In this document: positions 49,013 to 58,839 of the stretch, piece by piece | Numbering within the stretch: the first letter of the stretch is position 1 | How the letters are laid out: each line of letters opens with the position of its first letter | NCBI GenBank assembly: GCA_038883775.1 | Contig: JAVZLM010000002.1 | Span: forward strand, 96,001-160,000 | Length of the DNA stretch: 64,000 bases | Origin: Candidatus Bathyarchaeia archaeon | GTDB lineage: Archaea; Thermoproteota; Bathyarchaeia; Bathyarchaeales; Bathycorpusculaceae | Direction: 5' to 3' | Notes under the pieces: generated by a model | The model's database searches: none | The model's input: only the letters and a program-made list of their open reading frames with translations | Told to the model about the DNA's origin: nothing | Program-made: the position numbers and the translations under genes

Positions 49013-49792
49013 TTAAAGTTTTATTATTTTTCGGGCGAACGTGATATAACCCGTGTGTCCAGTCATCAGCGTTTGTGGTCGCGTTTTGCCGCGTTCAACT
49101 TGCATTCCCCGCATCAAGCATTCAACTGTTTCCACATCAACAAAGCCATTTTCTTTTAGGGCTTCAACTGTTTTGATAACTTGGTCTATTGTTGGGCTGA
49201 AGGAGACTATTGTTCCGCATGGTTTTAGGGCATTATAAGTGTGGGGGATTACAAGCCATGGAGTTGCCAAATCCAATACAACTGCGTCAACATCACTTTC
49301 ATCGATTCCGATGGTTATATCCTTATTTTTCAACTCTACAAAGTCAATTAATCCAGCACGTCTCAGATTTTTCTCTGCTGTTCTCTGAAACTCTTCTCTA
49401 ATTTCGTAACTGTAAACCTTCCCTTCTGGCTTAACATAATGGGCTAGGGCTGTTGTTAATGCGCCAGTACCCGTTCCAGCCTCAACAACATGGCTTCCCG
49501 GACCAATTCCGCTAAACATTATTATCAGAGCTATGTCTTTCGGATAAGTTATCTGGGTTTTCCGCAGAGATTTTATAATGAAATCCCGTAAAACTGGTTT
49601 CAAGACTTTGAATTCGTACCCTAAATTGCTTAAAACAGTAGAGCCGTATTCTTTTCCAATTAAATCATCAAATTTTATAAAACCTTTGTGAGTGTGGAAG
49701 CTTTTTCCAGATTCCGCTTTGACAAGATAGGTTTTCCTTTGGCTTAGGTATAGGAGGATGTAGTCGCCTTCCGTTATTTTTTGGTTTGACAA
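49013..49792 (-). CDS. trmI: tRNA (adenine-58-N1)-methyltransferase
   Basis: TQITYPKD, EAGTGTGALT, YEIREEF, LDLATPW, HTGY. Confidence 0.93.
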   Translation of the reverse strand: MSNQKITEGDYILLYLSQRKTYLVKAESGKSFHTHKGFIKFDDLIGKEYGSTVLSNLGYEFKVLKPVLRDFIIKSLRKTQITYPKDIALIIMFSGIGPGSHVVEAGTGTGALTTALAHYVKPEGKVYSYEIREEFQRTAEKNLRRAGLIDFVELKNKDITIGIDESDVDAVVLDLATPWLVIPHTYNALKPCGTIVSFSPTIDQVIKTVEALKENGFVDVETVECLMRGMQVERGKTRPQTLMTGHTGYITFARKIIKL

Positions 49793-49801
49793 TTACGGTC
49801 A

Positions 49802-51280
49802 CTACGGCGTGTATTTGAAAGGATGTTTTGCACGGTTTTTATTTTCTATCAACTCTTCTATGTTTGGTCTGCCCTCTATGGCTTTGCGGAGGGCGTGGCG
49901 CATAGCCTTATAATTGTTTATGTAAACCCTTTGTCTATCCACAGCTGTGGGATGAACAAAAACATTTGCAATTATAATTAAATCTTCAACAGCCTCTTTT
50001 GGGATTGTGCCGTCAGCAACGCTGTCCACGACTGCTTTGGCTACGGCTGTTTGGGCTGGTCCATAAATCATGCTGGCTTGACGCATACTCGTAATCGTGA
50101 CTGTTGGAACTATTAGGGTTATGGGTTTAACTGTCAAGTTGGGCTCCAAAATCGCTAACAAAGGCTCGTGTCCAGGCGTTGGTGTAGCCTTAGCCTTTGC
50201 AAAAGCTTCAGCTACTGGACCATCATTTCTGCCTATAATTAAGTCTATGTGGGCGACTTCTGCGCCATATCCTGCTAGGGCTTCGCCTACACGCAATTTA
50301 AAGTCTCTTATGGTTTCTGGTGTTATGTTTATTGCCATGAACCTTTCTTCTATGGGTTTTCCTATAATTTCGAAAGTTATGGGTTTTGGTGTTATTTTAC
50401 CAATTTTTTCCAAGTCTAGGCGCAGTTCTTCTCTTGCTTCGTAGGTTAATTCTCCGCCCACGCTTAGTGGCTTTCTGACCGGTCCAACTTTGATTTTCAT
50501 CATGTTTAACGCCTCTTTTGTGCCTACAGGTCCGCTTCCAGCTATTATTCTGGCTATTTTCTGCACTTTATATTGGAGCTCCCGCGCTTTTTGTAGCTCG
50601 CCATTTTTCACGTAATTATAAATTTGAACCCAAATGTCTGGTATGACATTGGCGCTTGCCAAAATAGCGCCAGAACAGCCAGCAGCTAATGCGGCAACCA
50701 CAACTTCGTCATGTCCGCATAAAACATTAATTTTATCTCTTACCTTTTCCAGTACAGCTAAAATATAACGTAACTGTCCGCTGCTGTCCTTTAAGCCCAC
50801 AATGTTTGGGATTTGAGCTAAGTCTTCAACCATTTGCCATGTCAATTCAACACCTGTGCACTGTGGAATATTGTATAAGATTATTGGCAAGTCCACTTTG
50901 CTTGCGATTGTGTCGTAATGCTCGTATATGCCGCGGTCCGTTGTTTTCAAATAGAAAGGCGTAACAATTAAGGCAGCATCACAACCCACATCTTTCGCAT
51001 ATCTTGTCATTTCCAAGGCTTGATCCGTTCCACTTGCGCCTGTTCCAGCGATTACTGGAACTTTCCCATTAACCTCATCAATAACAGTTTCTATGACCCG
51101 CTTCTTTTCTTCGGTTGTTAAATTTACAAATTCGCCTGTTGTCCCGCATGGAACAACCCCATGAACTCCCAACTCAACACAGCGCCTAACCAAAGCGCGA
51201 AGCCTTTCCTTGTCAACATCTTTTCCATCATCTGTGAAAGGAGTAACTAAAGCTGGCAAAATTCCCTCAGGCTTAAACAT
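49802..51280 (-). CDS. DapA/NAL-family class I aldolase fused to C-terminal formaldehyde-activating enzyme (Fae) domain
   Basis: N-term GTTGE, TPFY, YNIP, GLKDS; C-term GEAL..EVAHIDLIIG, PNL.VKP, GPAQ.AVAKAV, NY.A, HPF. Confidence 0.9.
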   Translation of the reverse strand: MFKPEGILPALVTPFTDDGKDVDKERLRALVRRCVELGVHGVVPCGTTGEFVNLTTEEKKRVIETVIDEVNGKVPVIAGTGASGTDQALEMTRYAKDVGCDAALIVTPFYLKTTDRGIYEHYDTIASKVDLPIILYNIPQCTGVELTWQMVEDLAQIPNIVGLKDSSGQLRYILAVLEKVRDKINVLCGHDEVVVAALAAGCSGAILASANVIPDIWVQIYNYVKNGELQKARELQYKVQKIARIIAGSGPVGTKEALNMMKIKVGPVRKPLSVGGELTYEAREELRLDLEKIGKITPKPITFEIIGKPIEERFMAINITPETIRDFKLRVGEALAGYGAEVAHIDLIIGRNDGPVAEAFAKAKATPTPGHEPLLAILEPNLTVKPITLIVPTVTITSMRQASMIYGPAQTAVAKAVVDSVADGTIPKEAVEDLIIIANVFVHPTAVDRQRVYINNYKAMRHALRKAIEGRPNIEELIENKNRAKHPFKYTP

Positions 51281-51375
51281 TTTTGCATCTCCAATCTTTT
51301 AGTTAAGCATAGCTTTTTATATCATTTAAGCTTTGAACATCAACTCTGCACGTTAAAACATAAGAAGGCGAAACA

Positions 51376-51639
51376 ATGAACGAAAACCTAATTGGACCAT
51401 GTGGCTTATACTGTGGCTGGTGTCCCTTTTACGTTGTTGGCTCAAAAGAGTTAACTTGTAAAGGATGTTGGGCTAGGGAAAAATGTGAAATCAGGGATTG
51501 CGCAAAGAATAAGGGCTTAAAACTTTGCACCTTCTGCCAAGAGTTTCCATGCCTAAGACTTTATGGGATGTATGGGCAGATGGACAAGTTTTTTGACGAC
51601 ATGAAGAAAGCTTTTCCAAAAGAAGTCAAAAAAGACTGA
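51376..51639 (+). CDS. DUF3795 Cys-rich protein
   Basis: CGLYCGWC, CKGC, CEIRDC, CTFCQEFPC. Confidence 0.8.
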   Translation: MNENLIGPCGLYCGWCPFYVVGSKELTCKGCWAREKCEIRDCAKNKGLKLCTFCQEFPCLRLYGMYGQMDKFFDDMKKAFPKEVKKD

Positions 51640-51791
51640 GAGCCAGGTTGTGCAAATAAGTGTTAAAGTAACCACTGCCACGTGAGTAGCCACTACGCAA
51701 CGCTAAAGCGCATTCCAAAAACTTATGGAAGACGCTAAAAACTTTTAAATCGTCAAAAATAAAATAAGCTCACTATTTGGAGGACTAATTT

Positions 51792-53078
51792 TTGGACGCT
51801 CTTAGCGGAAAGCTGAAAATTAAAGAGGAGAGTCTTAAAGAAATTAATGATTTTCTTCTGGAAAAAGATAATCCCTTAGTGAATAGGCTATTGGAAATTG
51901 TCGATAAATACGGCGGCGTCGAAGAGATTAACCGCAAGGCGATGGATAATCGCAAACTGGAAAATTTGATGAAAAGGCTTGAAAAGAAAAAGTCTCCATT
52001 TTTAAAAGATATTGAGTGGCTGATTAAACAGCGAGACGCTGAAGCCTTCATTAGCATACCAGCCTACCGCAGAAAAGTTTTGGGAGAAAAGGCTGATTCC
52101 GTGAAGTTTGATGAAAGCTTCGCCGTCACATTAGAAATTAGCGCCTTCAACTTTTTCCCATGGCTTATTGAAGAGGCGAAAAGAGCCATTGAGAGGCAAG
52201 AGTTGATGCCAGCCCGTTACATTCGAGTTCGCAACATGAAGGAGCAGGTGGAGGATGATGACATTTTGGCTTTCGCTGCAGCCATGCAAGTTATAGGCGC
52301 CTCTTACGTGCAAACCCTAGACACTAAAGGAACAATGCTTGGACCTGATGGCGCACCAATAAACGTTCACTTGGGCGGTCCAGAAACCATAACTGGCTAT
52401 TTTGGTGGTGTGGGGGTTCCAAACCATTACGCCTTAAAATGGGTTGATGAGTACCTTCATTATTATACTGAATATGGCGTTAAACAAGTTTTAAACGTGA
52501 ATTCTGGAACAGTGCTTTTGGGATATTGGCTTTTCAAGCTTGGAATAGACATCGAATTCAAAATTTCAGTTTTCCTTGGAAACGATAACCCCTACTCCAT
52601 CCTTTGGACCCTGATGACCGCAAAACTTTTCAGTAGAGATGATGGCAGAACACCGCTTATTGGATTTAACCTTTCAAATTCCGTGAATAATGAGACAATT
52701 GAACTTTCTGCATATATCAGAAAAGCCTTCAACTTTGAGGATATTGTACGCATTGAACACCACATCACAGAAGCCTACAAAAGCATTGTTAGGCAACCCT
52801 ACGACCGCCTCAACGAACTTTTAGAAATTGCAGACCATGTGAAAAATATAAGCGCAAAACATGAAGGTGGAATTCCAGAAATTGAAAAGATCAGAAACAA
52901 GCCTTCAGACTTGCTTGATTATTTCATCCCGAAAAAGGACATAATAGCCAAGGGGCTTATGCCAAAACTTTTGAGTAACTATTTGGACAAGCATGAAGCC
53001 GTAAATAGAACCGCCAGAGCCCTAACAGAAAGAGGCTTAACATTTATTGCAGCCCAAAATCTGCATAAAATGAAATAG
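51792..53078 (+). CDS. Uncharacterised soluble protein (enzyme-like)
   Basis: 428-aa ORF with GGAGG SD before TTG; Gly-rich HLGGPETITGYFGGVG, IEHH, SAKHEGG segments; family not recognised. Confidence 0.8.
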   Translation: MDALSGKLKIKEESLKEINDFLLEKDNPLVNRLLEIVDKYGGVEEINRKAMDNRKLENLMKRLEKKKSPFLKDIEWLIKQRDAEAFISIPAYRRKVLGEKADSVKFDESFAVTLEISAFNFFPWLIEEAKRAIERQELMPARYIRVRNMKEQVEDDDILAFAAAMQVIGASYVQTLDTKGTMLGPDGAPINVHLGGPETITGYFGGVGVPNHYALKWVDEYLHYYTEYGVKQVLNVNSGTVLLGYWLFKLGIDIEFKISVFLGNDNPYSILWTLMTAKLFSRDDGRTPLIGFNLSNSVNNETIELSAYIRKAFNFEDIVRIEHHITEAYKSIVRQPYDRLNELLEIADHVKNISAKHEGGIPEIEKIRNKPSDLLDYFIPKKDIIAKGLMPKLLSNYLDKHEAVNRTARALTERGLTFIAAQNLHKMK

Positions 53079-53092
53079 AGAAAAGGAGAGAT

Positions 53093-53824
53093 TTACCAGT
53101 ACTGTTTTGGTTTTCGCATAGCTAAGTATAGGGTGGTTATGACAAAGAAGAAGGCTATTATGGCTAAAACCCCAACAGCAACCCTTGTAGTGTTAAGCTC
53201 ACCTAATCTTCCCTGAAGTTCTTTTAGCGTATTATTTAGCTTAGCCAAGTTTTCCAAAGTGAGGTTCATTTGGAAGTTTTCAAAGAAAGTTTCATTAAGC
53301 TCATTACAGAATTCATTTAAATTTTCATATTTTTCTTGGAGTTCTTCATAGGCGACATTTCTAACGAAGGTTATTGGAAAACTTGGGTCAATGTCTGGCA
53401 TTGGCGTTTTCATAATAGAATACGTCACTCTCATTTCTGCAAGAGCGGAGCCCCAAACATTTCCAGGCACGCTTATAGTGAAATTTTCATAGCGAATTTC
53501 GTCAAGCTCCAATAGGGTATTATTTAGCACTTGAGCGCTGTACAATAGGGTTTTCTCTCTGCCCTCTGCAAAGCCGTACACCACAAGTTTTAAGTGTTCG
53601 ACTTCGACGCCGCGGGCTGTACAGTTTATCCAGATTTTTAGGGTCAAACTTTCATTTGGTATTGTTTCGTTTGTGGCTTCTGCTTTTAATGATATTCCAG
53701 GATAATCCTCTGAAAAGAACTCTATCAGCTCTTCAGATGCGTAGGCTAAGGTTATTCTTGCGAAAATTGATGCGCTAATTAGGATAGCTGTTAATATCAA
53801 AACATTAACTTTTGATTTAATCAT
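53093..53824 (-). CDS. Exported protein with coiled-coil stalk and C-terminal TM anchor
   Basis: Signal peptide, several N-x-S/T sequons, heptad repeat, C-terminal TM + RKPK. Confidence 0.75.
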   Translation of the reverse strand: MIKSKVNVLILTAILISASIFARITLAYASEELIEFFSEDYPGISLKAEATNETIPNESLTLKIWINCTARGVEVEHLKLVVYGFAEGREKTLLYSAQVLNNTLLELDEIRYENFTISVPGNVWGSALAEMRVTYSIMKTPMPDIDPSFPITFVRNVAYEELQEKYENLNEFCNELNETFFENFQMNLTLENLAKLNNTLKELQGRLGELNTTRVAVGVLAIIAFFFVITTLYLAMRKPKQYW

Positions 53825-53908
53825 ATCATCACCATTTTAAGGAGTTAATGTCTATCTTTTAGAGAAGTTTATTTAACAATTTCTAACAGTTTCGAATATT
53901 AAAAGGCG

Positions 53909-54136
53909 CTATTTTATTGAGCGGATTAGACGCTGGTATATGTATATGAAGTAGATGACTGCGAAGGCTGTTAAAATTATTTCGAGGGAGAGGATGGCTG
54001 GGTTGTTTTCAATCGCCATGAAATAGCCATGTTGAAGGATATCTGTGAAAACTAGGATTTGGAGGAATATGGCTCCTCCTAGACAGCTTAAGCCTAAAGT
54101 GTGGATGAGCATTAGTATTTGGCGGTTGACCTTCAT
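53909..54136 (-). CDS. Small two-TM membrane protein
   Basis: Likely ATG at 54136; two hydrophobic helices around GYFMAIEN. Confidence 0.6.
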   Translation of the reverse strand: MKVNRQILMLIHTLGLSCLGGAIFLQILVFTDILQHGYFMAIENNPAILSLEIILTAFAVIYFIYIYQRLIRSIK

Positions 54137-54315
54137 TTTTATCGTGAATATAAAGAGTTGATACGTTAACTTATAGGTTATGAATCCAAACACACAACAA
54201 AACCTAAAGATTAATTTTTAGGATTCATGATATAACTTTCCAAAAATTCTAGAGGGGGAGGGGTAGGGAAAATAAAACAGTGCCACAAACCATTTTCCAA
54301 AAAGGATTCAATTTG

Positions 54316-55653
54316 TTAAATTTTGTATTCCTTGCCCTTTTCGGCGATTATGGTTTTGCTTTTTAGGTCTCGCATAAATTTGGCGAACAGTTCTGCATTT
54401 TCAGTGTGCACCGGAAAAATTTTTGATGCATTCATTTCCTTAAGCGCTTTTTTGAGTTGAAGTGGCATTATGTGTCCTGAAACATGCACATGATATTGCG
54501 GCAGTCCATAATGCCTCAGCCAATTAAGGAGTCTTTCAAAGTCTATTTCCATCTCTTCATTGAAGGGTTCAGAAGCAGAAAGAACATAACAGCTTCCTGC
54601 TTCTGGTTGGATTTCCACAAGTTCTTCAAAATCGTAGAGGGACATGGCTAAAATGGCTTTGCACTGCTCTTTTCGAAGCATCGAAGCATCAAAAATCTTA
54701 TCCCTATACTTTTCAACAATGATGTTTTCCCAATTTTCATATCTTTTCTTCGACTTTCGAAAAATCAAAATATTCTCATCACTTAAGGCTGGAAGCCTCA
54801 AGCCTTTATCCTTTTGCAGTGCTTCGATGAGGTAGGCTTGCCTAAGCGAAACAGTAAGGCATCTTCCAGTTTTCTTGGCAATTCGATAAAAAGAATTAAG
54901 CCTATCCACATCCGTAGAAGCAAAATCAGCCAACACAACACCAGCGGCTTGCTGAACAATGTCGTTCAACTTGTTCTCCACTTCGCTTTCGGAGGAAACT
55001 GATGCGCCAGTCATGTTTGTGGCTTCAGAAACAACAGCCACAGGCTCGCTTTCCTCTGCTTTCTCAACAAAATCTTTGGTCATTTCCGGTTTTGCGCCAT
55101 GCATCCGAAAATCTCCAGTATAAACAACAACGCCACTAGAAGTTTGAATAATAAAGCCATAAGCCCCAGGAACAGAATGGTCAACGTGAATTGGCAAAAT
55201 TTCCAAACCACCAACACAAATTTTATGTCCAGTCCTAAAAGTCTCAAATTTTATGCCTTCAACATCAAACTCCAAATCGGCTCTGCGCATTTCACCCATA
55301 GCCTGCAAAATAATCCGCGTCGTTTCGCCGCAGTAAACTGGAATTTCACGTTTTATAAAGGATAAGTAGGCTGAATGGTCCATATGCCCATGAGAAATGA
55401 AAACCGCATCTATTTCAGGCGCTTTGTCATCAAACCTGTATATACCGTCAATTTTTGGCAAAATTCCAAGGTCTTGGAGGCTTTTTTCGCTTTTAGGCGA
55501 GAGGAAAGGCGGAGAATAAAACTGCCTCTTCATTGAGAAGGACATGCCAAAATCGAAGAAAACCCTTGTATCCCTATCCTTCAGTAGGATTTTGTTTCCG
55601 CCAACCTCATTTACTCCACCGTAAAAGGTTATGGCTGTTTCATCCTTAACCAT
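54316..55653 (-). CDS. RNase J-like beta-CASP metallo-beta-lactamase
   Basis: GGVNEVGGN, DFG, SHGHMDH, VDHS, YTGDFR, HVSGH, PVH. Confidence 0.88.
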   Translation of the reverse strand: MVKDETAITFYGGVNEVGGNKILLKDRDTRVFFDFGMSFSMKRQFYSPPFLSPKSEKSLQDLGILPKIDGIYRFDDKAPEIDAVFISHGHMDHSAYLSFIKREIPVYCGETTRIILQAMGEMRRADLEFDVEGIKFETFRTGHKICVGGLEILPIHVDHSVPGAYGFIIQTSSGVVVYTGDFRMHGAKPEMTKDFVEKAEESEPVAVVSEATNMTGASVSSESEVENKLNDIVQQAAGVVLADFASTDVDRLNSFYRIAKKTGRCLTVSLRQAYLIEALQKDKGLRLPALSDENILIFRKSKKRYENWENIIVEKYRDKIFDASMLRKEQCKAILAMSLYDFEELVEIQPEAGSCYVLSASEPFNEEMEIDFERLLNWLRHYGLPQYHVHVSGHIMPLQLKKALKEMNASKIFPVHTENAELFAKFMRDLKSKTIIAEKGKEYKI

Positions 55654-55655
55654 GC

Positions 55656-57380
55656 TTACTCCCTTTTCATTTTATCCGCTCTTCTACAAATATTAGAAAT
55701 AACAAGCATTATATGGGGAAGCGTAAAAACGCTAAAAACCTTCGTGTATTTTGGCTTCCCAACATCCTTAACAATTTTGGCATCCCCGCCAGCCGCCAAA
55801 TAACCCTCAATAAAGGCTTCTGCTATAAGCTGGGGTGGGCGGATGCCGACGAGAGGCGAAGCGTAATGCCCAGCATAATAAAGGAATTCGGCTATATCCC
55901 AAACTTTGTCACCATTCCGCGAAGCCTGCTCAAAATCTAAAAAGTAAATCGCCCCATTCTTCGCTATGAGAATGTTTTCAGGTTTTGTGTCGCCTAAAGC
56001 AATTCCCAAAGCATGAATTTTAGCGAATTCCTCTCCGACTCTCCTTACAACTTCCAAATCCTTCACTACATCGTCCACAACCTTTGAAGTTAAAATCCTC
56101 TTTACAACTTTGTTTAAGCTTTCGCCCTCCACATACTCCATGAAAATTAGGCGTTCACCATGGCTTACATGAAAAATCTTTGGAACCGCAAAACCATTAG
56201 AATGCAAAAGTTGGCTTATGGCGCACTCCCTCTCCAGCCTTGACAATCCAGAAACTGCGAAGGTTCTCGTTCCAAAAGTCCATAAAGTTAGAGGAAACCA
56301 CTTAAAACTTGACCAATCCCTAAAACTTTTAACAACAACCTTCCTTTCCGCACCATTTCCAAAAGCTTTAACCAAATAAACATCATTCAAAACACCCCCA
56401 ATCTCTTCAACATCAATCTTCGCATCCTCACCAGCACAGAGCACTTTCCTAGCAAAAGTTTCAACATCTATTTTGCTTGCCAAGGGAATAAGCCCGCTGG
56501 CAGTTGGAACATATAAATATTTGCGTGGCTCCTCAATTTCGTGAATAGTTTTTGAATTTTCCTTGGAAAACCTTTGAAACATAGAGAACATTTCTCTGTT
56601 TTGCGAAAGGAAGCCTAATGTTTTCGGAAAAATTCCAAGCAAAGAAGCGAACAAAGCCCTTTGGGCAGTCTTAAAGAGGCTTGTGAAGCGAACTTTTCGG
56701 CTTTTGGCTTTATCCACAAACTCTTTGCAAATTTTCACATAACCATCAGAAAAACTTATTACACTTTCACCTTCCAACCCTCTTAACGCCTTTAAATACC
56801 CTTTCAAAGAATTCTCCACATTCCTCTTTTTAACATCCTTCCGCATAAAACTGAAAACATTATAAAGCATTGGAGGGAAAAGTCGAGCCCTACTCAAAAT
56901 GGTTTCATAGAGAAAATATTCTGGTTTTATGTGAAGCTCGTAGGAAAGTTCTGGAAAAGCCAAAACAAGGTTCTCTAAAAGCTCAAGGATTAAACGCTTC
57001 TTCAACTTAACCTCTTGAAAGTGAAGGTAATCCTCGTTAACTAAGGTAATGTAGGGAAAAAGAAGCTCGCTTGCAAAAGCCTCGCCTAAAAAGCCCCGCT
57101 CCACATCCATTTCAAAAACTCCTTGGTCAACAACAAGAACAACAACGCCTCTTTCTCCAAAAACTTTCAGATAATTCATGAATTTCGGCTGGAAACCCCT
57201 AACTACAAGCAAAACCTCAACAAAACCTTTCGCATCAGAAAAGCCTAAAGCATAATCGCCACAAACGCAAGCAGCAACCATCTTATCAGCATCAACAACA
57301 CGACTACAAAAATCGAGAATTTCGCCAAACAGCTTTGAATTTTGAACCAAATTTCCACCTAATGAAATAAGCGTAACCAA
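55656..57380 (-). CDS. Degenerate nucleotidyltransferase-like domain fused to Bud32/RIO-like kinase
   Basis: N-term CGDYALG..VEVLLVV; C-term VVKSF, E, MEYVEG, LGDTKPENI, LDFEQA. Confidence 0.75.
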   Translation of the reverse strand: MVTLISLGGNLVQNSKLFGEILDFCSRVVDADKMVAACVCGDYALGFSDAKGFVEVLLVVRGFQPKFMNYLKVFGERGVVVLVVDQGVFEMDVERGFLGEAFASELLFPYITLVNEDYLHFQEVKLKKRLILELLENLVLAFPELSYELHIKPEYFLYETILSRARLFPPMLYNVFSFMRKDVKKRNVENSLKGYLKALRGLEGESVISFSDGYVKICKEFVDKAKSRKVRFTSLFKTAQRALFASLLGIFPKTLGFLSQNREMFSMFQRFSKENSKTIHEIEEPRKYLYVPTASGLIPLASKIDVETFARKVLCAGEDAKIDVEEIGGVLNDVYLVKAFGNGAERKVVVKSFRDWSSFKWFPLTLWTFGTRTFAVSGLSRLERECAISQLLHSNGFAVPKIFHVSHGERLIFMEYVEGESLNKVVKRILTSKVVDDVVKDLEVVRRVGEEFAKIHALGIALGDTKPENILIAKNGAIYFLDFEQASRNGDKVWDIAEFLYYAGHYASPLVGIRPPQLIAEAFIEGYLAAGGDAKIVKDVGKPKYTKVFSVFTLPHIMLVISNICRRADKMKRE

Positions 57381-57409
57381 GAATAGAATCTATAGTCTAC
57401 AAAATATAG

Positions 57410-58762
57410 TTAATGCTTTTCGATTATTTTGCCATACTCCCTCAAAAATTTTAGGGCTTTAACAGCCTTTTCAGGCAAATTATACAATGGAATATTTGAG
57501 TTGCCCAAAACCTTAAAAACTAAAGCAAAATCTTCACCGCCAGCCGGAACATCCACAACTGGTTTATTTGGATGTTTCCTTGCTACTTTAGGGATTATTT
57601 TGGCGTCTGTTGGTTCAAAAAAGCATGACTTAAGCATATTTATTATTAAGACGCCGTCAACATTCTTGTCTGAGAGTACAAGCTCCAAAACTTTCTCGTA
57701 TCTGTCGGCTCTCGCATCAGCTATCATGTCTATGGGGTTTGTCGCATCCACCCCCGGATAAGAACTTTCAATTTTCTTTTTCGTCTCTTCCGATAAAGCT
57801 GCAAGTTTAAGGTTGTTTTTTGCAATGGCATCACCAGCCAAAATTGCTGGTCCGCCAACATTACTCACTATAGCCACATTGTCCCCACGCATTGGAGGCT
57901 GCTTAGAAAGGGCAATGGCTGCATCCATCAACTCTTCTACGTTTTCAACACGGATAATGCCCGCCTTTTTGAGAGCAGCATCAAAAATCTCGTCTTTTCC
58001 AGCCATCGAAGCCGTGTGCGACTTGGCTCTATGCGCTGATTCCTCTGTTATTCCACCTTTTAAGGCTAGGATTGGCTTTTCTTTAACTATTTTTCTCGCC
58101 GTTTCTATGAAGGCTTTTCCATTCTTTACACCTTCCATGTATAGGCATATTACTTTTGTTCGTTTGTCGTTGCCAAAATATTGCAGTAAATCGACATCAT
58201 CCACATCTATTTTGTCTCCCATAAAAGCGAATTTGCTTATCCCAATATTGTAGAAGCAAGCCCAATCGAGAAGGCAGGCACCAACTCCGCCGCTTTGAGA
58301 TATTACAGCAATAGTTCCCTTTTTAGGCATGGTGTTTCTTTCAAAAGTTGTGTTTAACCCATTGGCAGTGTTTATGACGCCCATAATAGTGTTTGGTCCC
58401 AAAATTCTAATACCATATCTTTCCTTAATTTTGACAAGCGCTTCACGCTGAGAGTCTTTGTATCCACCAGTGATGATGACAAGGGCTTTTACGCCGATTT
58501 CTGCACATTTTTCCGCCATGAAAATTGATTGTTTCGGAGGAAGCATAATTACAGCAAGTTCAGGAACCTCTATCAATCCATTCAAATTTTCGTGTTTCAT
58601 ATCCACATCAAAAATATAGGTTTTTCCACGAAAGAACTTCTTCATGTTATAAATGACACTCTTAAAAAGTTGCGGGGAAGTCATGCCAATTTTTTCCTTG
58701 ATAACACTTGAACCTATTAGCACGACGTTTTTTGGTTCAAAGATAGCCTTTACTTCATCCAA
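57410..58762 (-). CDS. acdA: ADP-forming acyl-CoA synthetase alpha subunit
   Basis: RILGPNTIMG, ISQSGG, LYMEG, SHTASMAG (phospho-His), NPIDM. Confidence 0.85.
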   Translation of the reverse strand: MDEVKAIFEPKNVVLIGSSVIKEKIGMTSPQLFKSVIYNMKKFFRGKTYIFDVDMKHENLNGLIEVPELAVIMLPPKQSIFMAEKCAEIGVKALVIITGGYKDSQREALVKIKERYGIRILGPNTIMGVINTANGLNTTFERNTMPKKGTIAVISQSGGVGACLLDWACFYNIGISKFAFMGDKIDVDDVDLLQYFGNDKRTKVICLYMEGVKNGKAFIETARKIVKEKPILALKGGITEESAHRAKSHTASMAGKDEIFDAALKKAGIIRVENVEELMDAAIALSKQPPMRGDNVAIVSNVGGPAILAGDAIAKNNLKLAALSEETKKKIESSYPGVDATNPIDMIADARADRYEKVLELVLSDKNVDGVLIINMLKSCFFEPTDAKIIPKVARKHPNKPVVDVPAGGEDFALVFKVLGNSNIPLYNLPEKAVKALKFLREYGKIIEKH

Positions 58763-58839
58763 CAGTTTAACCTTCTAACTAAATTTTAACGAGTGGAAGA
58801 AAGAAAATACGCTGTTCATCTTCATAAATTTAACCATAG

